A DNA stretch of 64,000 nucleotides from Escherichia coli (GTDB taxonomy: Bacteria; Pseudomonadota; Gammaproteobacteria; Enterobacterales; Enterobacteriaceae), in NCBI RefSeq assembly GCF_017348835.2, contig NZ_CP071375.1; one strand, 5' to 3'. A program made the translations under genes and the position numbers. Each line of letters starts with the position of its first letter. Within the stretch, counting starts at the first letter, position 1. Positions 1 through 12,599 of this stretch are shown here, piece by piece. Under the pieces are notes generated by a model. The model was not told the DNA's origin. It did not search any database and saw nothing but the letters and a program-made list of their open reading frames with translations.

Positions 1-779
1 CACCGAATTATCGCCAGTCTTGGCGGTTAGCGGGAGTGTGGCGACGGGCGATTAACCTGATGACGGAAAGCTGCGAACTGTTAACGCTGCATCGTCAGGG
101 TAGTGGTTTCGGCCCCGGAGGATGGGTGCTTCGCCGCGCGCAATTCGATGCGTTATGCGGTGGATTATGCGGCAATGAACGACCACAGGTTGTGGCTCAA
201 GGGATTCGCCTCGGGCGTTTCACGGTTAAACAGCCACAGCGTTATTGTTTGCTGCGTATTACGCCGCCTGCACATCCTCAACCGCTTGCCGCTGCATGGA
301 TGCAACGCGCGGAGGAAACCGGGCTTTTCGGGCCACTGGCGTTGGCGGCAAGCGATCCGCTGCCTGCTGAATTACGCCAGTTTCGTCACTGTTTTCAGGC
401 CGCGCTCAATGGCGTTAAGACCGACTGGCGGCACTGGCTGGGTAAAGGCCCCGGATTAACGCCAAGTCATGATGACACTCTGAGCGGAATGCTGCTGGCG
501 GCCTGGTATTATGGCGCTTTAGATGCGCGCTCTGGTCGCCCGTTTTTTGCCTGTTCCGACAATCTTCAACTCGTTACCACAGCGGTGAGCGTCAGTTATT
601 TACGTTATGCCGCGCAAGGATATTTCGCCTCGCCACTCCTGCACTTTGTTCATGCTCTGAGTTGCCCGAAACGTACCGCTGTTGCGATTGATTCGCTGCT
701 GGCGCTGGGGCATACGTCAGGGGCAGATACGCTGCTGGGGTTCTGGCTTGGCCAACAATTATTACAAGGAAAACCATGA
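1..779 (+). CDS. ylbF: DUF2877-family protein (YlbF-like), 5' end cut by window edge
   Basis: Frame is open from nt 3 with no in-frame stop until TGA 777-779; stop overlaps ATG of next gene (ATGA); position directly upstream of ybcF-purK fits E. coli gene order as recalled. Confidence 0.5.
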   Translation, partial: PNYRQSWRLAGVWRRAINLMTESCELLTLHRQGSGFGPGGWVLRRAQFDALCGGLCGNERPQVVAQGIRLGRFTVKQPQRYCLLRITPPAHPQPLAAAWMQRAEETGLFGPLALAASDPLPAELRQFRHCFQAALNGVKTDWRHWLGKGPGLTPSHDDTLSGMLLAAWYYGALDARSGRPFFACSDNLQLVTTAVSVSYLRYAAQGYFASPLLHFVHALSCPKRTAVAIDSLLALGHTSGADTLLGFWLGQQLLQGKP

Positions 780-1669
780 AAACACTGGTTGTGGCTCTTG
801 GGGGCAACGCCTTACTCCAGCGCGGTGAGGCGCTGACGGCAGAAAATCAATATCGCAATATCGCCAGTGCTGTACCCGCGCTGGCACGCCTGGCCCGTTC
901 TTATCGGTTGGCGATTGTTCACGGCAACGGGCCGCAGGTGGGGCTGCTGGCATTGCAGAATCTGGCGTGGAAAGAGGTAGAACCGTATCCGCTGGATGTG
1001 CTGGTGGCAGAAAGTCAGGGGATGATTGGCTATATGCTGGCGCAGAGTTTGAGCGCACAGCCGCAGATGCCGCCCGTGACGACGGTGCTGACGCGCATTG
1101 AGGTTTCGCCTGATGATCCGGCGTTTTTGCAGCCAGAGAAATTTATTGGTCCGGTTTATCAGCCAGAAGAACACGAGGCACTGGAAGCGGCTTACGGCTG
1201 GCAGATGAAACGTGATGGTAAATATTTACGCCGGGTGGTGGCGTCTCCGCAACCGCGTAAAATTCTCGACAGCGAAGCCATCGAGTTGTTGCTCAAAGAG
1301 GGGCATGTGGTGATTTGCAGTGGCGGCGGCGGTGTGCCTGTGACGGATGACGGAGCAGGGAGTGAAGCAGTGATTGATAAAGATCTCGCCGCTGCGTTGC
1401 TCGCCGAGCAGATTAATGCAGATGGACTGGTGATCATCACCGATGCTGATGCGGTATATGAAAACTGGGGAACGCCGCAGCAACGTGCCATTCGCCATGC
1501 CACACCGGATGAGTTAGCGCCATTTGCCAAAGCCGATGGTTCGATGGGGCCGAAGGTAACGGCGGTGAGTGGTTATGTCAGAAGCCGTGGTAAACCCGCG
1601 TGGATTGGGGCGTTATCGCGAATTGAAGAGACGCTGGCGGGCGAAGCGGGGACCTGTATTTCGCTGTAG
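776..1669 (+). CDS. ybcF: carbamate kinase-like protein
   Basis: 297-aa ORF; carbamate kinase family motifs ([26 protein letters not shown]); position upstream of purK. Confidence 0.85.
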   Translation: MKTLVVALGGNALLQRGEALTAENQYRNIASAVPALARLARSYRLAIVHGNGPQVGLLALQNLAWKEVEPYPLDVLVAESQGMIGYMLAQSLSAQPQMPPVTTVLTRIEVSPDDPAFLQPEKFIGPVYQPEEHEALEAAYGWQMKRDGKYLRRVVASPQPRKILDSEAIELLLKEGHVVICSGGGGVPVTDDGAGSEAVIDKDLAAALLAEQINADGLVIITDADAVYENWGTPQQRAIRHATPDELAPFAKADGSMGPKVTAVSGYVRSRGKPAWIGALSRIEETLAGEAGTCISL

Positions 1670-1699
1670 TGATGAGAGCATCCGGCAATCGGTGCACCA

Positions 1700-1795
1700 T
1701 GCCTGATGCGACGCTTGACGCGTCTTATCAGGCCTACAATGGGTACCGGAGCGGTGTAGGCCGGATAAGGCGTTCACGCCGCATCCGGCAATCAA
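1700..1795. repeat. REP/BIME-like palindromic units in ybcF-purK intergenic region
   Basis: Two GC-rich imperfect palindromes (gcctgatgcgacgcttgacgcgtcttatcaggcctaca and gtaggccggataaggcgttcacgccgcatccggca) typical of enterobacterial REP elements. Confidence 0.6.
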
Positions 1796-1807
1796 ATGAG
1801 CACCAGG

Positions 1808-2875
1808 TTAACTGAACTTACTCTGCGCCCACATCACGCCGCTGGCATATTCTGGCGGCAGCAGCGGGATTAAGGCTTCCAGCGTCGCGGTCAGACGCGA
1901 TGTGTCGCTGTCGGTTAAATTCAGATGCCCCACTTTACGCCCCGGACGGACTTCTTTGTCGTACCAGTGCAGATGCACCAGCGGCAATTTCAGCCAGTCA
2001 TAATTCACATCGCTACCAATCAGGTTGATCATCACCGACGGACTATTCACTATCGGTTGCGGTAACGGCAGATCGGTAATCGCCCGCAGATGCAGCTCAA
2101 ACTGGCTGATGCTGGCACCGTTTTGTGTCCAGTGACCGCTGTTATGCACACGCGGTGCCAGTTCGTTGATCAACAGACCTTGCGGGGTGACAAAACACTC
2201 CATTGCCATCACGCCTACATAGCCCAGCTCCTGCATAATCGCCGAAAGCATCTCTTCGGCTTGCGCTTGCTGCTGCGCATTGGCCTGCGGGAAAGCGACG
2301 CTGGTGCGCAAAATACCGTCCTGATGCAGGTTATGCGTCAGCGGATAAAACACGGTGCTGCCATCAAAGCCGCGCGCGCCAACCAGCGACACTTCACCAG
2401 AGAAGTTTATGCCCTGCTCGACAATACATTCGCCGTAGCATTCAGCCGGTAACTGCTCGGTTTCATCGGCGCGTAAACGCCATTGACCGCGTCCGTCATA
2501 GCCACCAGTGCGACGCTTAACAATCGCCAGCTCACCTAAACGATCAAACACCGCAGGCCACTCGTTGCGTCCGGCAAGTAACTGCCACGGTGCAGTCGGC
2601 AGGTGGAGCTTATCGAAAAGCTGCTTCTGAGTCAGACGGTCAGCAATAATCGGGAACACATCGCGGTTCACAAAGGCCGGATGGCGCGCCAGCTCGCGGG
2701 TTAATGCGGTTTCCGGCCAGCGTTCTATCTCAGCGGTAATCACGCTTTGTTGAAAAGGCACCGCCGCCGGTTCAGCGTCCAGCCCGACTGGCCAGACAGC
2801 AATGCCTAACGGTTCGCCTGCCTGACGCAGCATACGGCCTAACTGCCCGTTACCGAGGACGCAAACCTGTTTCAT
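1808..2875 (-). CDS. purK: N5-carboxyaminoimidazole ribonucleotide synthase
   Basis: 355-aa ORF, ATP-grasp fold sequence matching PurK; overlaps purE stop. Confidence 0.95.
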   Translation of the reverse strand: MKQVCVLGNGQLGRMLRQAGEPLGIAVWPVGLDAEPAAVPFQQSVITAEIERWPETALTRELARHPAFVNRDVFPIIADRLTQKQLFDKLHLPTAPWQLLAGRNEWPAVFDRLGELAIVKRRTGGYDGRGQWRLRADETEQLPAECYGECIVEQGINFSGEVSLVGARGFDGSTVFYPLTHNLHQDGILRTSVAFPQANAQQQAQAEEMLSAIMQELGYVGVMAMECFVTPQGLLINELAPRVHNSGHWTQNGASISQFELHLRAITDLPLPQPIVNSPSVMINLIGSDVNYDWLKLPLVHLHWYDKEVRPGRKVGHLNLTDSDTSRLTATLEALIPLLPPEYASGVMWAQSKFS

Positions 2876-3381
2876 GCCGCACCTCGCGGGTCCGGGTTTT
2901 CCAGCACTTCGTCGGTCTGGGCTTTGCGCCAGTCATTCAGACGCTGGTGCAGCTCTTTATCATGAGTCGCAAGAATTTGTGCTGCCAGTAACGCCGCGTT
3001 TGCCGCGCCAGCTTTACCAATCGCCAGCGTACCCACCGGAATGCCGCGCGGCATTTGTACGATGGAGTAGAGGCTATCGATACCGCTCAGTGCGGCGCTC
3101 TGTACTGGCACGCCCAGCACTGGCACCAGCGTTTTGGCGGCAATCATACCCGGCAGGTGCGCTGCGCCGCCTGCGCCCGCAATAATCACCTGATAACCGT
3201 TCTCTTCGGCGCTTTCGGCGAAGCTGAACAGTTTATCGGGGGTGCGGTGAGCAGAAACCACTTCAACGTGGTGCGGGACATTCAGGATTTCGAAGATTTC
3301 GGCGGCGAACTGCATGGTAGCCCAGTCGCTTTTGGACCCCATCACGATGGCGACACGCGCCGGATTATTGCGGGAAGACAT
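2872..3381 (-). CDS. purE: N5-CAIR mutase
   Basis: 169-aa product starting [22 protein letters not shown]-track ORF is longer but the internal ATG at 3379-3381 gives the canonical length. Confidence 0.95.
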   Translation of the reverse strand: MSSRNNPARVAIVMGSKSDWATMQFAAEIFEILNVPHHVEVVSAHRTPDKLFSFAESAEENGYQVIIAGAGGAAHLPGMIAAKTLVPVLGVPVQSAALSGIDSLYSIVQMPRGIPVGTLAIGKAGAANAALLAAQILATHDKELHQRLNDWRKAQTDEVLENPDPRGAA

Positions 3382-3498
3382 GCGTCTTAAAACTCCTGTG
3401 GTGCACAACTCTCGGCTTTAGAGGGCACAGAGAATAGCACGGAAAGAGAGCAAGGAAAACGGTTGCGTGGCTGTGAAATCAGCAAAGTTGTGGGTTTT

Positions 3499-4221
3499 TT
3501 AAAACGGAAAATGAATCAGCTCAACGTCATCCGCCGTGACTTTCACCATCGAACCTTCCGTATGCCAGGCACCCAGTACCACGCGTAAAGCAGGTTGCTG
3601 GTTGGCGATAAGTTCATGTACCGCCGGGCGATGGGTATGCCCGTGAATCAGCCATTGCACCTGATGTTTTTCCATCGCACTGACCACCGCGTTTTGGTTA
3701 ACGTCCATGATCGCCAGCGATTTACTGCTGTTGGCTTCTTTACTGTTCGCGCGCATTCGCGCGGCAATGCGTTTGCGCACAAACAACGGCAGAGCGAGGA
3801 ATAGCGTTTGCAGCCAGGGTTTGTGGACTTTGGCGCGAAAAGCCTGATAACCCGCGTCATCGGTGCACAGCGTGTCGCCATGCATAATCAACACCCGACG
3901 ACCATAAAGTTCGAGCACCTTTTCTTCCGGCAATAACGTCATGCCGCTTTCACGGGCAAAGCGTTTGCCGAGCAGAAAATCACGGTTGCCATGAATGAAA
4001 TAACAGGGAACGCCGGAATCGGACACCGCTTTGATCGCTGCCGCCATCTGGCGATGGAGTGGGTTGGGATCGTCGTCGCCAATCCACGCTTCAAACAGAT
4101 CGCCAAGAATATACAGCGCGTCGGCATTGCGGGCTTCCCCCGCTAAAAAACGCAGAAAACCGGCGGTGATCGCCGGTTCTTCCACGCAGAGATGAAGATC
4201 TGCAATAAAGAGTGTCGCCAC
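3499..4221 (-). CDS. lpxH: UDP-2,3-diacylglucosamine pyrophosphatase
   Basis: 240-aa calcineurin-like phosphoesterase (DLHL, GDLFE, GNRD, HGHTH motifs). Confidence 0.9.
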   Translation of the reverse strand: MATLFIADLHLCVEEPAITAGFLRFLAGEARNADALYILGDLFEAWIGDDDPNPLHRQMAAAIKAVSDSGVPCYFIHGNRDFLLGKRFARESGMTLLPEEKVLELYGRRVLIMHGDTLCTDDAGYQAFRAKVHKPWLQTLFLALPLFVRKRIAARMRANSKEANSSKSLAIMDVNQNAVVSAMEKHQVQWLIHGHTHRPAVHELIANQQPALRVVLGAWHTEGSMVKVTADDVELIHFPF

Positions 4222-4223
4222 GA

Positions 4224-4718
4224 TTACTCGCTAACGGTCACGCTTTCAATGATAACGTCTTCTTTTGGCACGTCCTGGTGCATACCGCTACGACCGGTTG
4301 CAACACCTTTGATTTTGTCTACCACGTCCATGCCTTCAACCACTTCAGCAAACACGCAGTAGCCCCAACCTTGCAGGCTTTCGCCAGAGAAGTTCAGGAA
4401 GTCGTTATCAACCACGTTGATGAAGAACTGTGCAGTTGCAGAGTGCGGAGCCTGAGTACGGGCCATTGCCAGCGTACCACGGGTATTTTTCAGGCCGTTG
4501 TTGGCTTCGTTTTTGATCGGTTCTTTGGTGGCTTTTTGTTTCATGCCCGGTTCAAAACCGCCGCCCTGAATCATAAAGCCGTTGATAACACGGTGGAAAA
4601 TGGTGTTGTTGTAAAAACCTTCGCGGCAGTAGTCCAGGAAGTTTTTAACTGTTTCAGGTGCTTTATCGTCAAAAGTTTTGATGACAATATCGCCGTGATT
4701 GGTGTGGAAAGTAACCAT
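4224..4718 (-). CDS. ppiB: peptidyl-prolyl cis-trans isomerase B (cyclophilin)
   Basis: 164-aa cyclophilin sequence ([27 protein letters not shown]...). Confidence 0.95.
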   Translation of the reverse strand: MVTFHTNHGDIVIKTFDDKAPETVKNFLDYCREGFYNNTIFHRVINGFMIQGGGFEPGMKQKATKEPIKNEANNGLKNTRGTLAMARTQAPHSATAQFFINVVDNDFLNFSGESLQGWGYCVFAEVVEGMDVVDKIKGVATGRSGMHQDVPKEDVIIESVTVSE

Positions 4719-4891
4719 TTTTGCATCCTGTTCCGTTTGATTGGTGCTTCAACCCGGTTCGGGTCATATATAGGGTGGTGTTATAGCATAACCGCACGAT
4801 CGGATCATCACGCAATGTATGCTGATTCGCGCGGGAAATATGGGTATTATACGCAACTCAATTACCCACACATGTCTAAACGGAATCTTCG

Positions 4892-6277
4892 ATGCTAAAA
4901 ATCTTCAATACTCTGACACGCCAAAAAGAGGAATTTAAGCCTATTCACGCCGGGGAAGTCGGCATGTACGTGTGTGGAATCACCGTTTACGATCTCTGTC
5001 ATATCGGTCACGGGCGTACCTTTGTTGCTTTTGACGTGGTTGCGCGCTATCTGCGTTTCCTCGGCTATAAACTGAAGTATGTGCGCAACATTACCGATAT
5101 CGACGACAAAATCATCAAACGCGCCAATGAAAATGGCGAAAGCTTTGTGGCGCTGGTGGATCGCATGATCGCCGAAATGCACAAAGATTTTGATGCTTTG
5201 AACATTTTGCGCCCGGATATGGAGCCGCGCGCGACGCACCATATCGCAGAAATTATTGAACTCACTGAACAACTGATCGCCAAAGGTCACGCTTATGTGG
5301 CGGACAACGGCGACGTGATGTTCGACGTCCCGACCGATCCGACTTATGGCGTGCTGTCGCGCCAGGATCTCGACCAGCTGCAGGCAGGCGCGCGCGTTGA
5401 CGTGGTCGATGACAAACGCAACCCGATGGACTTCGTTCTGTGGAAGATGTCGAAAGAGGGCGAACCGAGCTGGCCGTCTCCGTGGGGCGCGGGCCGTCCT
5501 GGCTGGCACATTGAATGTTCGGCAATGAACTGCAAGCAGCTGGGTAACCACTTTGATATCCACGGCGGCGGTTCTGACCTGATGTTCCCACACCACGAAA
5601 ACGAAATCGCTCAGTCCACCTGTGCCCATGATGGTCAGTATGTGAACTACTGGATGCACTCCGGGATGGTGATGGTTGATCGCGAGAAGATGTCCAAATC
5701 GCTGGGTAACTTCTTCACCGTGCGTGATGTGCTGAAATACTACGACGCGGAAACCGTGCGTTACTTCCTGATGTCGGGACACTATCGCAGCCAGCTGAAC
5801 TACAGCGAAGAGAACCTGAAGCAGGCGCGTGCGGCGCTGGAGCGTCTCTACACTGCCCTGCGCGGCACAGACAAAACCGTTGCGCCTGCCGGTGGCGAAG
5901 CGTTTGAAGCGCGCTTTATTGAAGCGATGGACGACGATTTCAACACCCCGGAAGCCTATTCCGTACTGTTTGATATGGCGCGTGAAGTAAACCGTCTGAA
6001 AGCAGAAGATATGGCAGCGGCGAATGCAATGGCATCTCACCTGCGTAAACTTTCCGCTGTACTGGGCCTGCTGGAGCAAGAGCCGGAAGCGTTCCTGCAA
6101 AGCGGTGCGCAGGCAGACGACAGCGAAGTGGCTGAGATTGAAGCGTTAATTCAACAGCGTCTGGATGCCCGTAAAGCGAAAGACTGGGCGGCGGCAGATG
6201 CGGCGCGTGACCGTCTTAACGAGATGGGGATCGTGCTGGAAGATGGCCCGCAAGGGACCACCTGGCGTCGTAAGTAA
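4892..6277 (+). CDS. cysS: cysteine--tRNA ligase
   Basis: 461-aa class I aaRS with HIGH (CHIGHGR) and KMSKS motifs. Confidence 0.95.
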
Positions 6278-6288
6278 TTGCGCTGTTG

Positions 6289-6312
6289 CCGGATGCGAGT
6301 TTTCGCATCCGG
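6289..6312. terminator. hairpin between convergent cysS and ybcI (possible bidirectional terminator)
   Basis: Stem ccggatgcg / cgcatccgg with 6-nt loop, right after the cysS stop; no strong U-tract. Confidence 0.35.
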
Positions 6313-6834
6313 TTATCGCCTGCGCCACCACAATATTCCCATCAGCACCATCCCCGGCAACCACACCCACATCAATTCAGAAATAATCACCTGATGCCCG
6401 TACGGCGTGCTGTAACGAGACAATGCAAACGGCGCGACTTTGATCACCTGCCAGGGAGCGAAAAAGCGTTCATCTGACCACGGCCACAGCCAGCCAACGC
6501 CTTTACCGCCAGTGGTTACCGAATCCAGCAAGCTGTGCGATAGCAACGAGACGGTTAAAAACAGCCAGCAGCGAATCAGCCCAGCCCTGAACCATCGACG
6601 TCCAATCAGCACACATAACAGCGGGACAACAAACGCAAACACCAGCGAATGGGTAAACCCGCGATGACCAAAAACATTGCCGTAAGCAACGCCAAATTTA
6701 AACGACAATACGTCGGCATCGGGCAGCATCGCCAGGACGATTCCGGCAAATAACAGACGCGGCGGGATGATTATCGAACCCAACCCTAAACCAATGCATA
6801 GGGGAACGGCGGCGTGCGTAATAACGGTTGGCAT
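6313..6834 (-). CDS. ybcI: inner membrane protein, DUF457 family
   Basis: 173-aa hydrophobic ORF; position between cysS and ybcJ. Confidence 0.8.
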   Translation of the reverse strand: MPTVITHAAVPLCIGLGLGSIIIPPRLLFAGIVLAMLPDADVLSFKFGVAYGNVFGHRGFTHSLVFAFVVPLLCVLIGRRWFRAGLIRCWLFLTVSLLSHSLLDSVTTGGKGVGWLWPWSDERFFAPWQVIKVAPFALSRYSTPYGHQVIISELMWVWLPGMVLMGILWWRRR

Positions 6835-6941
6835 GATGGTCGCTTCGGCAAAATGTCGATGCTATCAGCATGGCTGAATGGGGCGTAGAGGGCAAAAGTC
6901 TGAAAAGAGAACCGGCCTGTTGATACAGGCCGGGAAAGGGA

Positions 6942-7154
6942 TCAGGCAACAACCTGTACGCTGTGACCTGCAAAACTCACTGTCTGCCCGGCGACGATTT
7001 TGCAGCGTTTGCGCGTTTCAACCGCACCGTCGACTTTCACCTGGCCTTCGGCAATCGCGATTTTCGCCTGCGCGCCGCTTTCGCTCCAGCCTTCCAGTTT
7101 CAGCAAGTCGCACAGCTCAACGTGCGGATGTTTACCTAAAGAAAATGTCGCCAT
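6942..7154 (-). CDS. ybcJ: S4-like RNA-binding protein
   Basis: 70-aa product from internal ATG (MATFSLGKHPHVELCDLLKLEGW...); ORF-track ORF is N-terminally extended. Confidence 0.8.
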   Translation of the reverse strand: MATFSLGKHPHVELCDLLKLEGWSESGAQAKIAIAEGQVKVDGAVETRKRCKIVAGQTVSFAGHSVQVVA

Positions 7155-7155
7155 G

Positions 7156-8022
7156 TTACTCACCCTGTGGATCATGATATTCAACGCACGCCTGAAGCGT
7201 GTTTTCAATCAGCGTGGCAACCGTCATCGGGCCAACGCCGCCCGGAACAGGCGTAATGTATGAGGCGCGTTTAGCCGCGTCTTCAAACACGACGTCGCCC
7301 ACAACTTTGCCATTTTCCAGACGGTTGATGCCGACATCAATCACAATTGCGCCTTCTTTGATCCAGTCACCAGGAATAAAGCCCGGCTTGCCGACGGCAA
7401 CGATCAGTAGATCGGCATTTTCTACGTGGTGACGCAGATTTTTAGTGAAGCGGTGAGTCACGGTAGTGGTGCAACCTGCGAGCAACAGTTCCATGCTCAT
7501 TGGACGACCGACGATATTCGATGCGCCAATCACCACGGCGTTGAGGCCGAAGGTATCAATGTTGTAACGCTCAAGCAGCGTGACGATACCGCGAGGGGTG
7601 CAGGGGCGCAGACGCGGCGCGCGCTGGCACAGGCGACCGACGTTATAAGGATGGAAACCGTCCACGTCTTTGTCCGGGTGAATACGTTCCAGCACTTTGA
7701 CGTTATCAATACCCGCCGGTAACGGCAGTTGAACCAGAATGCCATCGATGGTGTTGTCGGCATTCAGCGCATCGATAAGCTCCAGCAGCTCCGCTTCGCT
7801 GGTGGTTTCCGGGAGGTCATAAGAGCGGGAGACGAACCCGACTTCTTCACAAGCCTTACGTTTGCTTGCGACATAAATTTGCGATGCAGGGTTACTACCC
7901 ACCAGCACAACGGCCAGTCCTGGTGCCCGCAGTCCGGCTGCAATACGCGCCTGAACTTTTTGAGCAACTTCAGAGCGCACCTGCTGCGCAATCGTTTTAC
8001 CGTCAATAATCTTTGCTGCCAT
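7156..8022 (-). CDS. folD: bifunctional methylenetetrahydrofolate dehydrogenase/cyclohydrolase
   Basis: 288-aa ORF with FolD sequence. Confidence 0.95.
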
Positions 8023-8492
8023 CAGAGAGAGGATTCCATCTGTTACGTAGGTCGAAGGGGATGCGCCTATTTTGTCAGAAGCGGGGCGCGCTGTCAGGTT
8101 TCGTTTCAGATTTATCGCGTGAAGCGACCTCTTGCGAAGGTGAGGCGCACTGTCGCTGAGATTGAAAGCTTCATTTTTCGTCCATGATGGCGTTGTAAAT
8201 CTGGAACTGATTTATTTCCTTGTCTAAGGATTAAGATAATTTAAGAAATACCTGACAATATAAAAAGAATTTTCAGCCTGGTAATTTACCGCTTCAGGTC
8301 TATATTTGTGTTGAATATATTTTGCGCGGAAGTATTCATCTAACGGGGCTCTCTATTTTTTAGAATAGAGTGCATATTTTCAATTAAGACATTCTTAGAG
8401 GATAAAAAGGAATTTACTACTATCAGTGTCTTAAATAAAGTAATCGGTTATATACGGATGTGGAGTCGATAAATGAGATTGAAGGAATATAT

Positions 8493-9035
8493 ATGAAATT
8501 AAGATTTATTTCGTCTGCGCTGGCTGCCGCACTATTCGCCGCTACGGGTAGTTATGCTGCCGTTGTAGATGGCGGTACAATTCACTTTGAAGGCGAACTG
8601 GTGAATGCTGCCTGTTCAGTGAATACTGACTCGGCAGACCAGGTTGTCACACTCGGTCAATATCGTACCGATATTTTCAATGCTGTTGGTAATACCTCTG
8701 CATTAATTCCATTCACTATACAGTTGAACGACTGCGATCCTGTTGTTGCCGCTAATGCTGCCGTTGCATTTTCTGGTCAGGCTGATGCAATCAATGATAA
8801 TTTATTGGCCATTGCATCCAGTACCAATACAACAACAGCAACGGGTGTCGGTATTGAAATACTTGATAATACATCCGCAATTCTCAAACCTGATGGGAAT
8901 AGCTTCTCAACCAACCAGAACTTGATCCCCGGGACCAACGTTCTTCATTTTTCTGCACGTTATAAAGGCACCGGTACAAGTGCATCAGCAGGGCAAGCAA
9001 ATGCTGACGCGACTTTTATTATTAGATATGAATAA
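8493..9035 (+). CDS. sfmA: type 1-like fimbrial major subunit
   Basis: 180-aa fimbrillin with signal peptide, starts at ATG 8493 ([16 protein letters not shown]); first gene of chaperone-usher operon. Confidence 0.9.
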   Translation: MKLRFISSALAAALFAATGSYAAVVDGGTIHFEGELVNAACSVNTDSADQVVTLGQYRTDIFNAVGNTSALIPFTIQLNDCDPVVAANAAVAFSGQADAINDNLLAIASSTNTTTATGVGIEILDNTSAILKPDGNSFSTNQNLIPGTNVLHFSARYKGTGTSASAGQANADATFIIRYE

Positions 9036-9254
9036 TCAAAACCACGTTGTTTTGAATTATATATCACGTCTTATAACAAAGTAATGTACCGGTTGTCTGA
9101 AGCGGTATGGTGGCAATGTAAATCGAAATCATGTTCACTTTGTATCATGCCGCTTTATTAAATGAAAAGGGAATGATGTGTTGTAAGAAACCAAAGCAAT
9201 CATTTCTTTATATTCCTTATTTTTGCCGTCAGGAATACACAAGGCGTATTAACT

Positions 9255-9947
9255 ATGATGACTAAAATAAAGTTATTGATGCTCATTATATTTTATTTAA
9301 TTATTTCGGCCAGCGCCCATGCTGCCGGAGGGATCGCATTAGGTGCCACGCGTATTATTTATCCCGCTGATGCTAAACAGACTGCGGTATGGATTAGAAA
9401 TAGCCATACCAATGAGCGCTTTCTGGTCAATTCGTGGATTGAAAACAGCAGCGGTGTAAAAGAAAAGTCATTCATCATTACACCGCCACTGTTTGTCAGT
9501 GAACCCAAAAGCGAAAATACTTTGCGTATTATTTACACCGGTCCACCGCTGGCAGCAGATCGTGAGTCTCTGTTCTGGATGAATGTTAAGACGATCCCTT
9601 CGGTAGATAAAAATGCATTGAACGGCAGGAATGTTTTGCAACTGGCGATTTTATCGCGCATGAAGTTATTTCTCCGTCCAATTCAATTACAAGAATTACC
9701 CGCAGAAGCACCGGACACACTCAAGTTTTCGCGATCCGGTAACTATATCAATGTTCATAATCCATCACCTTTTTATGTCACCCTGGTTAACTTACAAGTG
9801 GGCAGCCAAAAGTTGGGGAATGCTATGGCTGCACCCAGAGTTAATTCACAAATTCCCTTACCCTCAGGAGTGCAGGGAAAACTGAAATTTCAGACCGTTA
9901 ATGATTATGGTTCAGTAACCCCGGTCAGAGAAGTGAACTTAAACTAA
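9255..9947 (+). CDS. sfmC: fimbrial periplasmic chaperone
   Basis: 230-aa PapD-like chaperone. Confidence 0.9.
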   Translation: MMTKIKLLMLIIFYLIISASAHAAGGIALGATRIIYPADAKQTAVWIRNSHTNERFLVNSWIENSSGVKEKSFIITPPLFVSEPKSENTLRIIYTGPPLAADRESLFWMNVKTIPSVDKNALNGRNVLQLAILSRMKLFLRPIQLQELPAEAPDTLKFSRSGNYINVHNPSPFYVTLVNLQVGSQKLGNAMAAPRVNSQIPLPSGVQGKLKFQTVNDYGSVTPVREVNLN

Positions 9948-9977
9948 CCGAATCATCTGACAATATCAGAGCTAATT

Positions 9978-12587
9978 ATGAAAATACCCACTACTACGGA
10001 TATTCCGCAGAGGTATACCTGGTGTCTGGCCGGAATTTGTTATTCATCTCTTGCCATTTTACCCTCCTTTTTAAGCTATGCGGAAAGTTATTTCAACCCG
10101 GCATTTTTATTAGAGAATGGCACATCCGTTGCTGATTTATCGCGCTTTGAGAGAGGTAATCATCAACCTGCGGGCGTGTATCGGGTGGATCTCTGGCGTA
10201 ATGATGAGTTCATTGGTTCGCAGGATATCGTATTTGAATCGACAACAGAAAATACTGGTGATAAATCAGGTGGGTTAATGCCCTGTTTTAACCAGGTACT
10301 TCTTGAACGAATTGGCCTTAATAGCAGTGCATTTCCCGAGTTAGCCCAGCAGCAAAACAATAAATGCATCAATTTACTGAAAGCTGTACCTGATGCCACA
10401 ATTAACTTTGATTTTGCAGCGATGCGCCTGAACATCACTATTCCTCAGATAGCGTTGTTGAGTAGCGCTCACGGTTACATTCCGCCTGAAGAGTGGGATG
10501 AAGGTATTCCTGCTTTACTCCTGAATTATAATTTCACCGGTAACAGAGGTAATGGTAACGATAGCTATTTTTTTAGTGAGCTCAGCGGGATTAATATTGG
10601 CCCGTGGCGTTTACGCAACAATGGTTCCTGGAACTATTTTCGCGGAAATGGATATCATTCAGAACAGTGGAATAATATTGGCACCTGGGTACAGCGCGCC
10701 ATTATTCCGCTGAAAAGTGAACTGGTAATGGGAGACGGCAATACAGGAAGTGATATTTTCGATGGTGTTGGATTTCGTGGTGTACGGCTTTATTCTTCCG
10801 ATAATATGTATCCTGATAGCCAGCAAGGGTTTGCCCCAACGGTACGTGGGATTGCCCGTACGGCGGCCCAGCTAACGATTCGGCAAAATGGTTTTATTAT
10901 CTATCAAAGCTATGTTTCCCCCGGCGCTTTTGAAATTACAGATTTGCACCCGACATCTTCAAATGGCGATCTGGATGTCACCATCGACGAGCGCGATGGC
11001 AATCAGCAGAATTACACAATTCCGTATTCAACAGTGCCAATTTTACAACGCGAAGGGCGTTTCAAATTTGACCTGACGGCGGGCGATTTTCGTAGCGGTA
11101 ATAGTCAGCAATCATCGCCTTTCTTTTTTCAGGGCACGGCACTCGGCGGTTTACCACAGGAATTTACTGCCTACGGCGGGACGCAATTATCTGCCAATTA
11201 CACCGCCTTTTTATTAGGGCTGGGGCGCAATCTCGGAAACTGGGGGGCAGTATCTCTGGATGTGACCCATGCGCGCAGTCAGTTAGCCGACGACAGTCGT
11301 CATGAGGGGGATTCTATTCGCTTCCTCTATGCGAAATCGATGAACACCTTCGGCACCAATTTTCAGTTAATGGGTTACCGCTATTCGACACAAGGTTTTT
11401 ATACCCTTGATGATGTTGCGTATCGTCGAATGGAGGGGTACGAATATGATTACGATTACGACGGTGAGCATCGCGATGAACCGATAATCGTGAATTACCA
11501 CAATTTACGCTTTAGCCGTAAAGACCGTTTGCAGTTAAATATTTCACAATCACTTAATGACTTTGGCTCGCTTTATATTTCTGGTACCCATCAAAAATAC
11601 TGGAATACTTCGGATTCAGATACGTGGTATCAGGTGGGGTATACCAGCAGCTGGGTTGGCATCAGTTATTCGCTCTCATTTTCGTGGAATGAATCTGTAG
11701 GGATCCCCGATAACGAACGTATTGTCGGACTTAATGTTTCAGTGCCTTTCAATGTTCTGACCAAACGTCGCTACACCCGGGAAAATGCGCTCGACCGCGC
11801 TTATGCCTCCTTGAACGCCAACCGTAACAGCAACGGGCAAAATAGCTGGCTGGCAGGTGTAGGTGGGACCTTACTGGAAGGCCACAACCTGAGTTATCAC
11901 GTAAGCCAGGGCGATACTTCGAATAATGGGTACACGGGCAGCGCCACGGCAAACTGGCAGGCCGCTTACGGTACGCTGGGGGTCGGGTATAACTACGACC
12001 GCGAGCAACATGACGTTAACTGGCAGCTGTCTGGCGGTGTGGTCGGACATGAAAATGGCATAACGCTGAGCCAGCCTTTAGGGGATACCAATGTTTTGAT
12101 TAAAGCGCCTGGCGCAGGCGGTGTACGCATTGAAAATCAAACTGGCATTTTAACCGACTGGCGCGGCTATGCGGTGATGCCGTATGCCACGGTTTATCGG
12201 TATAACCGTATCGCGCTTGATACCAATACGATGGGGAATTCCATCGATGTTGAAAAAAATATTAGCAGCGTTGTGCCGACGCAAGGCGCGTTGGTTCGTG
12301 CCAATTTTGATACCCGCATAGGCGTGCGGGCGCTCATTACCGTTACCCAGGGCGGAAAACCGGTGCCGTTTGGATCACTGGTACGGGAAAACAGTACCGG
12401 AATAACCAGTATGGTGGGTGATGACGGGCAAGTTTATTTAAGTGGTGCGCCATTGTCTGGTGAATTACTGGTTCAGTGGGGAGACGGCGCGAACTCACGC
12501 TGCATTGCGCACTATGTATTGCCGAAGCAAAGCTTACAGCAAGCCGTCACAGTTATTTCGGCAGTTTGCACACATCCTGGCTCATAA
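9978..12587 (+). CDS. sfmD: fimbrial outer membrane usher
   Basis: 869-aa usher. Confidence 0.9.
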   Translation: MKIPTTTDIPQRYTWCLAGICYSSLAILPSFLSYAESYFNPAFLLENGTSVADLSRFERGNHQPAGVYRVDLWRNDEFIGSQDIVFESTTENTGDKSGGLMPCFNQVLLERIGLNSSAFPELAQQQNNKCINLLKAVPDATINFDFAAMRLNITIPQIALLSSAHGYIPPEEWDEGIPALLLNYNFTGNRGNGNDSYFFSELSGINIGPWRLRNNGSWNYFRGNGYHSEQWNNIGTWVQRAIIPLKSELVMGDGNTGSDIFDGVGFRGVRLYSSDNMYPDSQQGFAPTVRGIARTAAQLTIRQNGFIIYQSYVSPGAFEITDLHPTSSNGDLDVTIDERDGNQQNYTIPYSTVPILQREGRFKFDLTAGDFRSGNSQQSSPFFFQGTALGGLPQEFTAYGGTQLSANYTAFLLGLGRNLGNWGAVSLDVTHARSQLADDSRHEGDSIRFLYAKSMNTFGTNFQLMGYRYSTQGFYTLDDVAYRRMEGYEYDYDYDGEHRDEPIIVNYHNLRFSRKDRLQLNISQSLNDFGSLYISGTHQKYWNTSDSDTWYQVGYTSSWVGISYSLSFSWNESVGIPDNERIVGLNVSVPFNVLTKRRYTRENALDRAYASLNANRNSNGQNSWLAGVGGTLLEGHNLSYHVSQGDTSNNGYTGSATANWQAAYGTLGVGYNYDREQHDVNWQLSGGVVGHENGITLSQPLGDTNVLIKAPGAGGVRIENQTGILTDWRGYAVMPYATVYRYNRIALDTNTMGNSIDVEKNISSVVPTQGALVRANFDTRIGVRALITVTQGGKPVPFGSLVRENSTGITSMVGDDGQVYLSGAPLSGELLVQWGDGANSRCIAHYVLPKQSLQQAVTVISAVCTHPGS

Positions 12588-12599
12588 AGGAAATTATCA

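Noticed and set aside
103-459. 118-aa ORF overlapping ylbF in another frame, and similar short ORFs overlapping annotated genes throughout
   Set aside because: They overlap longer, better-supported genes and have no independent signals; typical background of a GC-rich six-frame track.
4895-6100. 401-aa ORF on the minus strand
   Set aside because: Lies entirely antisense to cysS, which has strong synthetase motifs; its composition is typical of an antisense shadow ORF.
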